From positions 1 through 64,000 of IMG/VR virus record IMGVR_UViG_2929656146_000003: DNA of 64,000 nucleotides, one strand, 5' to 3'. Position numbers and translations under genes: made by a program. Positions 1 through 9,222 of this stretch are shown piece by piece. The DNA comes from a virus (Duplodnaviria; Caudoviricetes). Numbering within the stretch: the first letter of the stretch is position 1; the number at the start of each line of letters is the position of its first letter. The notes beneath the pieces are model-generated. The model ran no database searches, was not told the DNA's origin, and saw only the letters and a program-made list of their open reading frames with translations.

Positions 1-258
1 ATGCCCAAACCCCTGCCGCTGCCTGATGACCTGCTGCCCCTCCACGCCGCCGTGCTCCAGGCGGAACGGGCGATGACCGAGGCGCGGGAGGCCAGCGGCG
101 ACGTAGACGCGGCGCGCGAGGTGTACGTGGCGGCGTCCCTGGCCCTGCGCGCGCACCCGATCTGGGAGGAAGCCCGGCAGGGCGCCTGCCACGCGCAGAC
201 CTGGCAGGCCAGCCTGGACGCCGCCAAGGACGCGCTCGCGGAGCCGGCCGCGGCCTGA
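1..258 (+). CDS. Hypothetical helical protein (85 aa)
   Basis: ORF with high-GC3 codon usage; ATG at position 1, upstream not visible. Confidence 0.65.
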   Translation: MPKPLPLPDDLLPLHAAVLQAERAMTEAREASGDVDAAREVYVAASLALRAHPIWEEARQGACHAQTWQASLDAAKDALAEPAAA

Positions 259-349
259 CCGGGTTGGTCACAGGTCGGCTACACCCCGGGCAGCCATCAG
301 GGCGCCGCCGATACGGTCATGGCCTACCCGTGTCGCCCCCGGAGGACCA

Positions 350-649
350 GTGCCTACCGTCACCACGCGCCGCAAGATGGGCCCGATCGCCCTGACCTTC
401 CATACGATCATGATGGTCTGCACGCTCGGCCTCTGGACTCCCGTCCTCATGGCCGCCAAGCGAGGCCGCAAGACCGTCACCCGCTACGACGGGATCCCGC
501 CGATGCAGCCCGGCCAGCAGCCGTACGGCCCGCCGCCCGGACAGTACCCGCCCCCGCCCTACGGCCAGCAGCCCCACCCGCCCCAGCAGCAGCGGCAGCA
601 GCCCGGCCCGCCGCCGCCCGCCTCCTGGGGCCGGCCACCCCAGCACTGA
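350..649 (+). CDS. Small membrane protein with Pro/Gln-rich tail; paralog of 50914..51261
   Basis: GGAGG RBS before GTG; hydrophobic segment FHTIMMVCTLGLWTPVLM; ends WGRPPQH. Confidence 0.75.
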   Translation: MPTVTTRRKMGPIALTFHTIMMVCTLGLWTPVLMAAKRGRKTVTRYDGIPPMQPGQQPYGPPPGQYPPPPYGQQPHPPQQQRQQPGPPPPASWGRPPQH

Positions 650-652
650 CCC

Positions 653-708
653 CGCACACGACGAAGCGCCCCGCCCTCCGAGGAGAGCGGGGCGCTTCGT
701 CGTGTGCG
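653..708. terminator. Bidirectional intrinsic terminator hairpin
   Basis: Perfect 22-bp inverted repeat CGCACACGACGAAGCGCCCCGC / GCGGGGCGCTTCGTCGTGTGCG between convergent genes. Confidence 0.85.
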
Positions 709-713
709 GTCTC

Positions 714-992
714 CTAGGCGTCTCGTCTGCGCTGGATCTCGTGCCATGTGATGGTCGGCAGCAGGCCAGTGCGTGCAGCGCTCACCCTCTGTGCACGGTC
801 GGGTCGTTGGTCCAGAGCCGCCCGGCACTGCCAGACGTCGAGCACTCTCTCGCGGGCCGTTTCTGTCAAGGCCTGGCTCAGTGCTGCCCGGAACGCGGCC
901 CGGCGGTCCGGGGTGAGTGCGATGGCGATTCCGTCGGGGGTTCGGGGGACGGCTGGGCGGGCGGAGTTCGGGCTGGGCGGAGTGGGTGACAT
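714..992 (-). CDS. DUF6247-like hypothetical protein (92 aa)
   Basis: C-terminal part of ORF 714..1652; ATG at 992 after GGAG; 'PRTPDGIAIALTPDRRAAFRAAL...VLDVW' resembles the actinobacterial DUF6247 pattern. Confidence 0.6.
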   Translation of the reverse strand: MSPTPPSPNSARPAVPRTPDGIAIALTPDRRAAFRAALSQALTETARERVLDVWQCRAALDQRPDRAQRVSAARTGLLPTITWHEIQRRRDA

Positions 993-1047
993 GGGGCTCC
1001 GAGTCCATGCTGGCTGCGGTCTTGCGTAGGTTTCCCGAATCGACTTG

Positions 1048-1074
1048 AACTTTGCCGGACTGTACGGCAAAGTT
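1048..1074. promoter_or_regulatory. Palindromic operator between divergent genes
   Basis: AACTTTGCCG-N7-CGGCAAAGTT with perfect 10-bp arms, upstream of an HTH gene. Confidence 0.65.
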
Positions 1075-1100
1075 GTGGATGTCGAGAGAGGGAGGGTCCG

Positions 1101-1619
1101 ATGACCGCCATCACCACCACCAACGCCGCCACCCAGGCCGGAGTCACGGTCGCCACCATCCGCACCTGGTGCCGCACCGGCGCCGTCGCCGCCGTCAAGC
1201 AGGCCGGTCGCTGGATCATCGACACCGCCTCCCTCGCCTACCGCATCAAGCTCCCCACCCTCCTGCACCGCAAGGCCCGGCCCGCCGCCGTCACTGCCGA
1301 GACCGTGGTCGCCATCGGCGGCAGCCGCTGGCAGCGCAACGGCCACGACCGCGTCTACCTCAACAACTGGGCCGAACTCGCAGGCCTCGACGTCTCCTAC
1401 TACAACAGCGGCAACATCTCCGGCGCCTCCTACCGCGGCGAAGGCATCTCCAACTCCCAGGCCCGCCTCATCCTCGGCAGCATCTCCAAGGTCTGGTTCG
1501 ACACCGCCGACGGCCGCCTCCACTGCCGCTACGGCTGGAGCGAATCCCGAATCGCCACCCGCGAGGAGATCTGGGACCACGTCGCCGCAGGCATCCGCAC
1601 CGCCATCGCCCCCCTCTGA
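1101..1619 (+). CDS. Helix-turn-helix (MerR/excisionase-like) domain protein
   Basis: N-terminal 'TTNAATQAGVTVATIRTWCRTGAVAAVKQAGRWII'; GGGAGG RBS. Confidence 0.75.
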   Translation: MTAITTTNAATQAGVTVATIRTWCRTGAVAAVKQAGRWIIDTASLAYRIKLPTLLHRKARPAAVTAETVVAIGGSRWQRNGHDRVYLNNWAELAGLDVSYYNSGNISGASYRGEGISNSQARLILGSISKVWFDTADGRLHCRYGWSESRIATREEIWDHVAAGIRTAIAPL

Positions 1620-1638
1620 CACCGAAGGAACCCCCACC

Positions 1639-2193
1639 ATGGCCACGACCACCAGCTACGGCACCTGGTACAACCACACCAAGCACAACTCCAGCCCCGA
1701 AGGCGACATCCTCGACTTCATCAACGGCGGCGGCACCGACTGGTGCGAGCGCGTCGACGAGTGCGGCGCGTTCGAGCGCATGGCGTCCGACTACCGCGCC
1801 GCCGTCCAGGCCGCCCTGCCGGACGGCGTCTACCTCACCGGCGACGAGTTCATCGGCCCCGCCTACGACGACGACACCGACTTCGACGGCTATCCCGCCG
1901 ACGAGTACGACGACCTCGACCTCGGCACCATCATCGACAGCGTCGACCTCACCCCGATCGTCGAACGCTGGGACCCCGACGCCGAGTGGACGACCGAGCA
2001 GGTCGCTGACCGCATCGGCGCCAGCAGCATCAAGTCCGCGAGCAAGACCCTCCACGTGTGGGGCATCACCGCCACCGGCAGGCAGCCGGGCCGCAGCGGA
2101 CAGAACCTCTACAGTGCTGAGCTGATCCTCAACGCGATGGCCGCCCGCCCCGGCCAGGGCACCCGCACCGACCTGAAGGACAGCGGCGAGTGA
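1639..2193 (+). CDS. Acidic N-terminal domain plus C-terminal HTH protein
   Basis: 'WTTEQVADRIGASSIKSASKTL...RPGQGTRTDL' HTH-like tail; AAGGA RBS. Confidence 0.7.
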   Translation: MATTTSYGTWYNHTKHNSSPEGDILDFINGGGTDWCERVDECGAFERMASDYRAAVQAALPDGVYLTGDEFIGPAYDDDTDFDGYPADEYDDLDLGTIIDSVDLTPIVERWDPDAEWTTEQVADRIGASSIKSASKTLHVWGITATGRQPGRSGQNLYSAELILNAMAARPGQGTRTDLKDSGE

Positions 2194-3209
2194 CCGTCCC
2201 CGCCCCGCTGCCCACCGGCCTCACCGCCCGCGACCTGCCCGAGATCCGCGCCGAACTCGCCACCTGGCTCACCGACCCCGGCCCCGACGGCGGCCCCGCC
2301 GTCTGGTCCGCACACCTCGACCCGGAGGTCGCCGCCCAGGAACGCGGCGCCGCCACCGACTGGGCCCACTCCCTGCGCGTCGCCAACCTCTACTACGCCA
2401 GCACCGACATGGCCCGCCTCGCCGTGAACGCCGGCGCAGCCCTCCCGTCCTACCGCCTCCACCCCGAAGACCTCCCCGCCCGCAACGGCCTGGTCGTCTG
2501 GGAGGAACCCGTTGCCGACGCCTACCCGGGCGGCGAGTACACCGGAGCCCCGCTCACCGCCGCCACCTGGGCCCACTACGGCAACGGCGTCCAGATCCGC
2601 ACCTGGGCAACCCGCGAGAACTGGCTGCGCTTCGTGGCGGCCAGCGACCCGCGTACCGGACTGACCGAGATGACGAAGCAGGAGATCGCCGTCCTGCGCC
2701 GCCGCTGCCCCCAGCCGATCGTCAGCATGCACGCCTCCTACCTGCCGTTCGGCCGCATCCCCGGCTGGCTCCGCGGCGCGCCCGAGGACACCGCCGGCAT
2801 GAGCCTGGTCGAACTCGAATCCCGGCACAACGCCCTCGGTCAGCTCCAACAGGCCGAACGTGCACTCGTCGTGACCTGGCTCCTCATGGGTCAGACCCTC
2901 ACCAGCACGGAGGACCACCACGCCAGCAAGGCGTCCGCCAAGCGCATCGCCCGCCTCGATCCCAACCTGCTGACCGCGGTCCGCTACGTCCGCCTGCGCC
3001 ACCACGGCGTCCCCCAGCAGGACCGCGCTGACGAACCCAGCGCAGGGACGCGGCACCAGCACAGGTGGATCGTCCGCGGGCACTGGCGCAACCAGTACTA
3101 CCCCTCCCGCAAGTCCAACCGCCCGATCTGGATCGACGACCACCTCAAGGGCCCCGACGGCGCCCCCATCCTCGACCCTGACAAGCTCGTAAACATCCTG
3201 CGCCGCTGA
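2190..3209 (+). CDS. Conserved phage hypothetical protein with C-terminal VRGHWR motif
   Basis: GTGA overlap with upstream gene; 'HRWIVRGHWRNQYYPS...IWIDDHLKGP'. Confidence 0.75.
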   Translation: MTVPAPLPTGLTARDLPEIRAELATWLTDPGPDGGPAVWSAHLDPEVAAQERGAATDWAHSLRVANLYYASTDMARLAVNAGAALPSYRLHPEDLPARNGLVVWEEPVADAYPGGEYTGAPLTAATWAHYGNGVQIRTWATRENWLRFVAASDPRTGLTEMTKQEIAVLRRRCPQPIVSMHASYLPFGRIPGWLRGAPEDTAGMSLVELESRHNALGQLQQAERALVVTWLLMGQTLTSTEDHHASKASAKRIARLDPNLLTAVRYVRLRHHGVPQQDRADEPSAGTRHQHRWIVRGHWRNQYYPSRKSNRPIWIDDHLKGPDGAPILDPDKLVNILRR

Positions 3210-3217
3210 CGACGAAG

Positions 3218-3247
3218 CGCCCCCGCCCAAGAGTCCGGGCGGGGGCG
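3218..3247. terminator. Terminator hairpin between convergent genes
   Basis: CGCCCCCGCCC-N8-GGGCGGGGGCG. Confidence 0.7.
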
Positions 3248-3261
3248 AAGTCGATCAGCGG

Positions 3262-3624
3262 TCAGACACCGAGGTCGTGCAGGTACGGACGGACATCCTC
3301 CGGGACAGGCTGCGGCGCCGGAGGCGGCTCCAAACCACTGGTCTGCACGAACCCCACCAGCGACCGCACCCAGCCAGCCAGGTACCGGATCGTGTAGTCC
3401 TGCCCAGAGATACGGGCCCGCTGCTGAGCAGTCTCCAACTCCTGCTCATCAACCCTCTTACCGAGACGCTCCAGCTCCCGCTCCATGCGGTCCGTCACCG
3501 CGGCGAAATCATCCCGCCGCTCCTGCCCGCGGGTCCTGCGGCCAGCTCGTGCCGTGTACACGGTGCCAGCCAGCGTCACACCGGACACGCCCAGCGCCGA
3601 GACCGAAGTCCAGTCCAGACTCAC
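3262..3624 (-). CDS. Lysis-cassette membrane protein (1 TM + coiled coil)
   Basis: GGAGG-N5-GTG start; N-terminal hydrophobic helix then heptad-rich region; downstream of holin. Confidence 0.7.
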   Translation of the reverse strand: MSLDWTSVSALGVSGVTLAGTVYTARAGRRTRGQERRDDFAAVTDRMERELERLGKRVDEQELETAQQRARISGQDYTIRYLAGWVRSLVGFVQTSGLEPPPAPQPVPEDVRPYLHDLGV

Positions 3625-4037
3625 GGACACCTCCGATCCACGGCCTCCGGCCAGCCCGCAGTGACCGCCGCCACCGCGCCGAACGCCGCAAAGACAACGC
3701 CCCCAACCCACCCCCGCGCGTTGTCATACAGCCACCAGGACGCGAGACTCGCGCCCGCCCAGCCCGTCGCGACCACACACACCGCGGCGAAGCCCGGCCA
3801 GTCCCTGCCCTGCTGTAACGGGGCAGAGGCGAGAGCGGTGCAGCCGGCGAGGACCCACAGCCAACCCAGCCAGTGAGAGGGCAGTAGGCCGAGGAGTAGC
3901 CGGTAGCCGCTGTCCGTTCGCGGCGGGTCGGCGATCTGCGCGTACCCGTAGCCCAGCGCCATCGACCCCTTGAGTGCGAGCACAGCGCCGCGGCGGCCCA
4001 CACGGCGGATTGCACGGTGGGCCGCCGCGGTACGCAC
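3621..4037 (-). CDS. Lysis-cassette multi-pass membrane protein (about 4 TM)
   Basis: C-terminal hydrophobic part of ORF 3621..5363, GTG at 4037 directly after the holin stop. Confidence 0.7.
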   Translation of the reverse strand: MRTAAAHRAIRRVGRRGAVLALKGSMALGYGYAQIADPPRTDSGYRLLLGLLPSHWLGWLWVLAGCTALASAPLQQGRDWPGFAAVCVVATGWAGASLASWWLYDNARGWVGGVVFAAFGAVAAVTAGWPEAVDRRCP

Positions 4038-4038
4038 T

Positions 4039-4287
4039 TCAGAGGCCCTTGGTGTCGGCTGCAGTTTGGGCAGCCACATCGGTGCGCGGCGTGTGCCGGG
4101 CCTGGTAGCCGGCCACCGCGGTGATGGCCGCGGGGATGAGGGGCAGCACGAGCGGCGCCACCCAGGCGGGCAGCCAGGAGACGAGGCCGGGCTGGTCCTG
4201 GAGGGCGGTGAGGTCGGCGAGCAGAGCCGTGGACGCCAGGTAGGCGCCGGCTGTGGCTGCCTTGACCTTGGTTTCGATCCGGGCCAT
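4039..4287 (-). CDS. Holin
   Basis: 82 aa, two TM segments, 'IETKVKAATAGA...AGYQARHTPR', directly after endolysin. Confidence 0.85.
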   Translation of the reverse strand: MARIETKVKAATAGAYLASTALLADLTALQDQPGLVSWLPAWVAPLVLPLIPAAITAVAGYQARHTPRTDVAAQTAADTKGL

Positions 4288-4288
4288 G

Positions 4289-5149
4289 TCAGTTTCCCTT
4301 CAGCAGGTTGGCGAGCTGGGCGAGCGCGGCCCGGGCACCGGCCTCCGCCGCGGCCTGGGCCTGGGCGGCGGTCAGCGCGCCGCCAGCGGCCACGGCGGCC
4401 GCAAGTTGGTCGACCTTGGCGGACACCGCACGGACCTCGGCCACGGCAGCCTGAGCGTGCTGGGTGGCGTATGCGGCCCCATTCAGGGCGTCGGCTACTG
4501 ACGGAACGAAGCCATCGATGGCGTACTGGCCGCCGATCTTGGCCTGCAGGAGTTCCTCGGGGGTCACGTCTTGCTCCTTGGGGGCGGGCGCCGGCGGCGC
4601 CGGGATGGTAGGCGGCTGCTGGCCGCTGGCCCGGGCGGCGATCCCGGGGAAGACCACGTCGCGGAACTGCTGCACTCGGGCGTCCCCCGGGCAGGCCGTC
4701 CCGCCGTCCGACCAGTCCGGGAACAGCCGGTGGTAGCCGTACCCCGGATCGCCCGCGGTCCGGCAGACCCGCAGGGGGATGCCGTGCTGCTGATGCAGCC
4801 ACACCCCGAGCCGGATGATCGACTCGACCTGCTGAGGCGTCCACGGGTCGGTGTGCTGGAGATTCGACTCGGACTCCAGGCTGACCGCCCCGGTGCCGTC
4901 CGGGCGCCGATTCGCGTACATGTTGGCGTCGGCGCGGGTCTGCGTTCCGATGAACTGGCCGAGACTGCCGTCGTATCCGAGCCCGAAGTGCGACTCCAGG
5001 TTGGTGCTGTCCCGCCAGTACTCGTAGATCCGTCCAGGCGTCCACGGTGCCGCGATGCTGTGCAGGATGAGCTGCGTCGGCACGATCGCCGGCTGGCTGT
5101 CCGACTCGGGTTGGAGCTCCATCTTCTGGGCCCCGGGGTACCAGGCCAT
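4289..5149 (-). CDS. Endolysin, N-acetylmuramoyl-L-alanine amidase (Amidase_2)
   Basis: Zn ligands 'ILHSIA', 'ESHF', 'GYHRLF', 'TACPG'; Pro-rich linker; ATG at 5149 after GGGAG. Confidence 0.9.
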   Translation of the reverse strand: MAWYPGAQKMELQPESDSQPAIVPTQLILHSIAAPWTPGRIYEYWRDSTNLESHFGLGYDGSLGQFIGTQTRADANMYANRRPDGTGAVSLESESNLQHTDPWTPQQVESIIRLGVWLHQQHGIPLRVCRTAGDPGYGYHRLFPDWSDGGTACPGDARVQQFRDVVFPGIAARASGQQPPTIPAPPAPAPKEQDVTPEELLQAKIGGQYAIDGFVPSVADALNGAAYATQHAQAAVAEVRAVSAKVDQLAAAVAAGGALTAAQAQAAAEAGARAALAQLANLLKGN

Positions 5150-5535
5150 GACTCCCGCTCTCGTTATACAGATCACTCGAAGGTCCGCGCGCGCACCGGC
5201 TGGTAGCCACGCCCGGGTTGCAGACGCGGAGTCCACCGAGTCGGTCAGCCACCACACCAGCCCCGTCCGTGCAGACCCGGCGCAGGTCACGGCACTTGCC
5301 GGTAGCCCTCCAGCCAAACAAGTGCAGCTCCCCACACCGGGTCCACACCCTCACGATCACCACGCCCGGTGAACCGCCTGCAACGCCCTGACCAGCGTTT
5401 CTACAGGCACGCTCGGCCGCTCGTACGGTCTGCGGCAGCAGCTGGTCGCCTCGTCCATCGGCTGCCCCCGCGGGGCCCGGTCATAGCGGGCACGGGCCCC
5501 GCGCCCAGCCCGCTACCGCCCGCACAGGAGAAGCG

Positions 5536-6543
5536 GTGACCTCACCCCCTCCCCGACTTGACGTGTTCGGGTGGCTCGCGGACCGGAACGGCTGCGGCTA
5601 CCTCCGCCTCCAGCTTCCCCTCGCCGCTCTGCGAGCGGCCGGCTTCGAGACTGTGTGCTCGGAGGGGATCGACCTGCGCAGGGACCTACGAGACCTGGCC
5701 CGGACCCTTGTCGGTCAGCGGCTATGCCTCGAAGGCCCGTCCGCTCAGTGGCAGAAGCTGGCCAGAGAGACTCCCAGGCCCCGCCTGGTGTTCGAGCTCG
5801 ATGACGACCTGTGGCATGTCGACGGCACCAGCCCGATCGCTCACACCTTCTTCTCGCAGCCGGACGTGATGGCCCGCCTGGAGGCGAACATCGCAGCCGC
5901 CGACGTGGTCACCGTCACCGGGGAGGCACTCGCCAAGCAGGTCCGCCGCTACAACCCGAACGTCGTCGTCGTGCCGAACTACCTGCCGGCGTGGCTGCTG
6001 CAGCACGAACGGCCGCGGCGCGACGGGGCCGTCACCATCGGCTGGGGCGGCTCGGCCACCCACGCCATGGACCTCGCCGAACTCGGCGGCCACCTGAGGC
6101 AGACGATGCGCCGCAACCCACAGACCGAACTCCACCTGATGGGGAGCGACTTCTCCCGAGAAATGGGCGTCCGCGAACGCGTGCGGGTCACGCCTTGGAC
6201 GAACAGCGTGCCGGACTACTGGCGGGCGATCGACTACGACATCATGCTCGCGCCGCTGCGCCCGCACCCGTTCAACGCCTCGAAGTCCCCGCTGCGCCCG
6301 CTTGAAGCCGCAGCTCTTGGCATCCCCGTCATCGCCTCCGCGTACGGCCCCTACGAGGAGTTCGTGCAGCACGGCGTCACCGGCTACCTCGTGCGCCGGG
6401 ATCACGAGTGGGGCCGCTACCTCACCGAGCTCGTCAACGACCTGGCCGCGCGGGCGGAGATGGGCGCCGCGGCCCGACGGCAGGCCGCCGACTGGACGAT
6501 CGAGGGCCACATCGACGACTGGGAGAAGGTGCTGCTCGGATGA
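5536..6543 (+). CDS. Glycosyltransferase, GT-B fold (GT4-like)
   Basis: 'GCGYLR', 'FELDDDLW', 'IGWGGSATH', 'FNASKSPLRPLEAAALGIPVIAS'; AGGAG RBS. Confidence 0.9.
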   Translation: MTSPPPRLDVFGWLADRNGCGYLRLQLPLAALRAAGFETVCSEGIDLRRDLRDLARTLVGQRLCLEGPSAQWQKLARETPRPRLVFELDDDLWHVDGTSPIAHTFFSQPDVMARLEANIAAADVVTVTGEALAKQVRRYNPNVVVVPNYLPAWLLQHERPRRDGAVTIGWGGSATHAMDLAELGGHLRQTMRRNPQTELHLMGSDFSREMGVRERVRVTPWTNSVPDYWRAIDYDIMLAPLRPHPFNASKSPLRPLEAAALGIPVIASAYGPYEEFVQHGVTGYLVRRDHEWGRYLTELVNDLAARAEMGAAARRQAADWTIEGHIDDWEKVLLG

Positions 6544-7289
6544 ACCCCGAACTGATCGTGCTGGTACCCACGCGAGGCCGGCCCGGCAACCTGCGAGACC
6601 TGTGGGCCGCGTTCGAGGAGACGTGCGTTCGCCGGACCGTGTTGGTCGCGTGCGTAGACGAAGACGACCCGCGACTGCCCGAGTACGAAGCGCTAGTGGC
6701 CAGCGTGTACGACCAGCAACTTCCTGACATCACCGCTGACGAGTCCGGCCGGCTGGCGAATCGGTTCCGGCGGCTGTGGCTGGTGACGGGACCGCGGCTG
6801 CGTCTCGGCGGGACCCTGAACGAGGTCGCCCCGGTGATGGCCAACTCGTGTGGTCGGATCGCCTTCATGGGCGATGATCACAGGCCGGTCTCCCTCGGCT
6901 GGGACCAGCAGTACATCGCTGAGCTGGACCGGCTCGGCACCGGCATCGTGTACGGCAACGACCTGATCCAGGGCCCGAACCTGCCGACTCAGGTCGCGAT
7001 GACCTCGGACATCGTCCTCGCCACCGGCTACATGGTGCCGCCCGGGCTCGTCCACCTGTACATCGACAATGCCTGGCTCGCCCTCGGCCGGGCACTCGAC
7101 GCGATCACCTACCTGCCCGACGTCGTCGTCGAGCACAAGCACCCCATCGCCGGGCGCGCCGAGTGGGACCAGGGCTACGCCGAGTGCAACACCGACGAGC
7201 GGTCCGATGCCGACCGAGCCACCTTTGAGCGGTGGCGGGACCAGGACCTGGCCCGCTGGGTCAAGCAGATCAAGGAGCACCAACGATGA
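6540..7289 (+). CDS. Glycosyltransferase, GT-A fold (GT2-like)
   Basis: 'IVLVPTRGRP', DxD-like 'FMGDDH', 'HLYIDN', 'VVEHKHP'; ATGA overlap. Confidence 0.85.
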   Translation: MNPELIVLVPTRGRPGNLRDLWAAFEETCVRRTVLVACVDEDDPRLPEYEALVASVYDQQLPDITADESGRLANRFRRLWLVTGPRLRLGGTLNEVAPVMANSCGRIAFMGDDHRPVSLGWDQQYIAELDRLGTGIVYGNDLIQGPNLPTQVAMTSDIVLATGYMVPPGLVHLYIDNAWLALGRALDAITYLPDVVVEHKHPIAGRAEWDQGYAECNTDERSDADRATFERWRDQDLARWVKQIKEHQR

Positions 7290-7489
7290 GCGCCCCATTG
7301 AACATCAGCGCGGAGCAGATGAGAGAGCTCGCCGCAGCCCTGGATGCCATGAGCGAGATGACCCGGACCACCGGTGTCGACCTCACTCCGAATGGCCGCC
7401 GACAGATCGGCATCGCGGACAACATGCTGTCCATCATCTGGTCTGAGGAGGTTCGGGCCTACGTCATCGACGACCGGATTGGCGACTGA
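7286..7489 (+). CDS. Small hypothetical protein (67 aa) in the glycosylation operon
   Basis: AAGGAG RBS; ATGA overlap with GT2 stop. Confidence 0.7.
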   Translation: MSAPLNISAEQMRELAAALDAMSEMTRTTGVDLTPNGRRQIGIADNMLSIIWSEEVRAYVIDDRIGD

Positions 7490-7495
7490 TCGGAG

Positions 7496-8137
7496 TTGAG
7501 CATGACTGAGTACCGCCTGTTCACCGGCGACGTGCCGTACGTCTCTACCGCAGCGTTCCATGAACACCGTGAGCGTGCTGCACACTTCGAGCAGCCCGCC
7601 CACCGGCCCCGACTGGAGAAGGCGCTGAAGTTTATCGCCGCCGCCTACGTGTGGCTCGCCGCCGAGGGCGTGAACGACATCACGCTGTCAGACCTCGGAT
7701 GTGGAGACGGTGGCCTCCTCCAGTTCGTCGGCGAGACAATCCCCGACCGTGACACCCTCGGCGTCAACTTCTCCGCCTGGGGCTACGACTTTCAGCCCTC
7801 CAACCAGGCAGGGTGGGACGAGCGGGGCGTCACGGCAGAGCTCCGCGACGCCTTCGCACCCGACCACCCCGGCGTCATCCTCGGTGACATCGCTGTCATG
7901 ACCGAGGTGCTGGAGCACCTCGCCGATCCGCACGGCACCGTCCGGTGGGTCGGCGCGCACTGCCGGTTCGTTGTGGCCTCCAGCCCCTGGAACGAGACCC
8001 CCGAGTCCCACGACGAGTGCCACGCGTGGAGTTGGGACCACGACGGCTACCGGGCGCTCATTGAGCAAGGCGGCTACGAGGTGCTGCGGCACGAGTCGGT
8101 CGGACAGTTCCAGATCATCCTCGGGGAGCGGAAGTGA
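7496..8137 (+). CDS. Class I SAM-dependent methyltransferase
   Basis: Motif I 'LSDLGCGDGGL'; 'MTEVLEHLADP'. Confidence 0.88.
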   Translation: MSMTEYRLFTGDVPYVSTAAFHEHRERAAHFEQPAHRPRLEKALKFIAAAYVWLAAEGVNDITLSDLGCGDGGLLQFVGETIPDRDTLGVNFSAWGYDFQPSNQAGWDERGVTAELRDAFAPDHPGVILGDIAVMTEVLEHLADPHGTVRWVGAHCRFVVASSPWNETPESHDECHAWSWDHDGYRALIEQGGYEVLRHESVGQFQIILGERK

Positions 8138-9222
8138 GCACCTGGCTGAACGTGGTGGACCACGAGAAGGCGGACGGGCACCAGCCCGGCACCTTCCTCA
8201 ACCGGTCCTTCTACCTGAACGACGTACCGCGGCTGATCCTGCTGTGCCGGCTGTTCGGCCACCGGCCGGTCGTCGACGGCTACGGCAGCGGCACGGACGG
8301 CCGCCAGGCCCGCTGGGTCGCCTGCGGCCGATGCGGCGTACGCCCGAAGCCCCAGGGAGACCTGGACCCCGTGCAGTGGCGGGTCGGCCAGCGGTACCGG
8401 GGGCCGTTCATCCCCGCTCCTCCTCGGACGCGGCCACAGACCCTGACCGACGCCGTCCCGTACGTGGCGCCGAAGGAACCGGGCCTGTGGCCCACCGCAC
8501 CGACCACTACGGTCAGCGGTCAGATCGTGGTCGGGCGAAGCGAGCTCCACAGCATCAGTGCAGCGTTCAAGGTCGGCAACGACGGCTCCGAGAACGCCCT
8601 CGGCGGCAGCATCACCCTCGGCCGTCTCGGTGCCCTGTACCTGAGCACGGGCGACCTTGGGCGCCGGGTGCAGCGCCTCCTCAACTCCCTGACCTACGAG
8701 TCCCGGGTCATCGAAGTCTCCGCGTACGAGGGCCACCTCAGCTGGAAGGTGTGGGCGCCCCGGAACTCGTCGACCAAGGGCACCCCGCGGTGGATGGACG
8801 GCTACACCACGATCAACCTCCTCGACCGATGGCTCGGACCGGTCCGCTTCTCCTACGAGGACATCGGCCCGAAACGCCCTGGCCGAGTACTCATGCCCGA
8901 GGGCGACGCGCACGAGGTCACCCTGCAGCTCCAGCGTCAGCGGAAGGGTCGGCGACGCGGGCGCCCGGTCGAGTCCTGGACCGTCGACTGGACGTGTCAT
9001 CCCGGGATCCCCGTCCGCAACCACTCCTGGAAGGGCGATGAGGTCCTCGGCTCCAGCGTCGAGGTCACCGCGGCGGCCGTCGATGGAGGACGGTGGGCGG
9101 AGGAGGCGTGCGCACAGATCGCCGCGGACATGTCCCGGGACCGGGCGCACTATCGCTGGCGTGGCGACTCCGCCTTCCCTAAGCCCGACCCGGACGCGGA
9201 CTTCGACGTGGAGGTCTCCTGA
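8134..9222 (+). CDS. Hypothetical protein (362 aa) with an N-terminal C/H motif (CRLFGH...CGRCG)
   Basis: Translationally coupled on both sides; no catalytic family recognised. Confidence 0.75.
   Translation: MSTWLNVVDHEKADGHQPGTFLNRSFYLNDVPRLILLCRLFGHRPVVDGYGSGTDGRQARWVACGRCGVRPKPQGDLDPVQWRVGQRYRGPFIPAPPRTRPQTLTDAVPYVAPKEPGLWPTAPTTTVSGQIVVGRSELHSISAAFKVGNDGSENALGGSITLGRLGALYLSTGDLGRRVQRLLNSLTYESRVIEVSAYEGHLSWKVWAPRNSSTKGTPRWMDGYTTINLLDRWLGPVRFSYEDIGPKRPGRVLMPEGDAHEVTLQLQRQRKGRRRGRPVESWTVDWTCHPGIPVRNHSWKGDEVLGSSVEVTAAAVDGGRWAEEACAQIAADMSRDRAHYRWRGDSAFPKPDPDADFDVEVS

Noticed and set aside
3621-5363. 580-aa ORF spanning the lysis cassette
   Set aside because: Its N-terminal part is an off-frame overlap with the amidase and holin; only 3621..4037 looks coding
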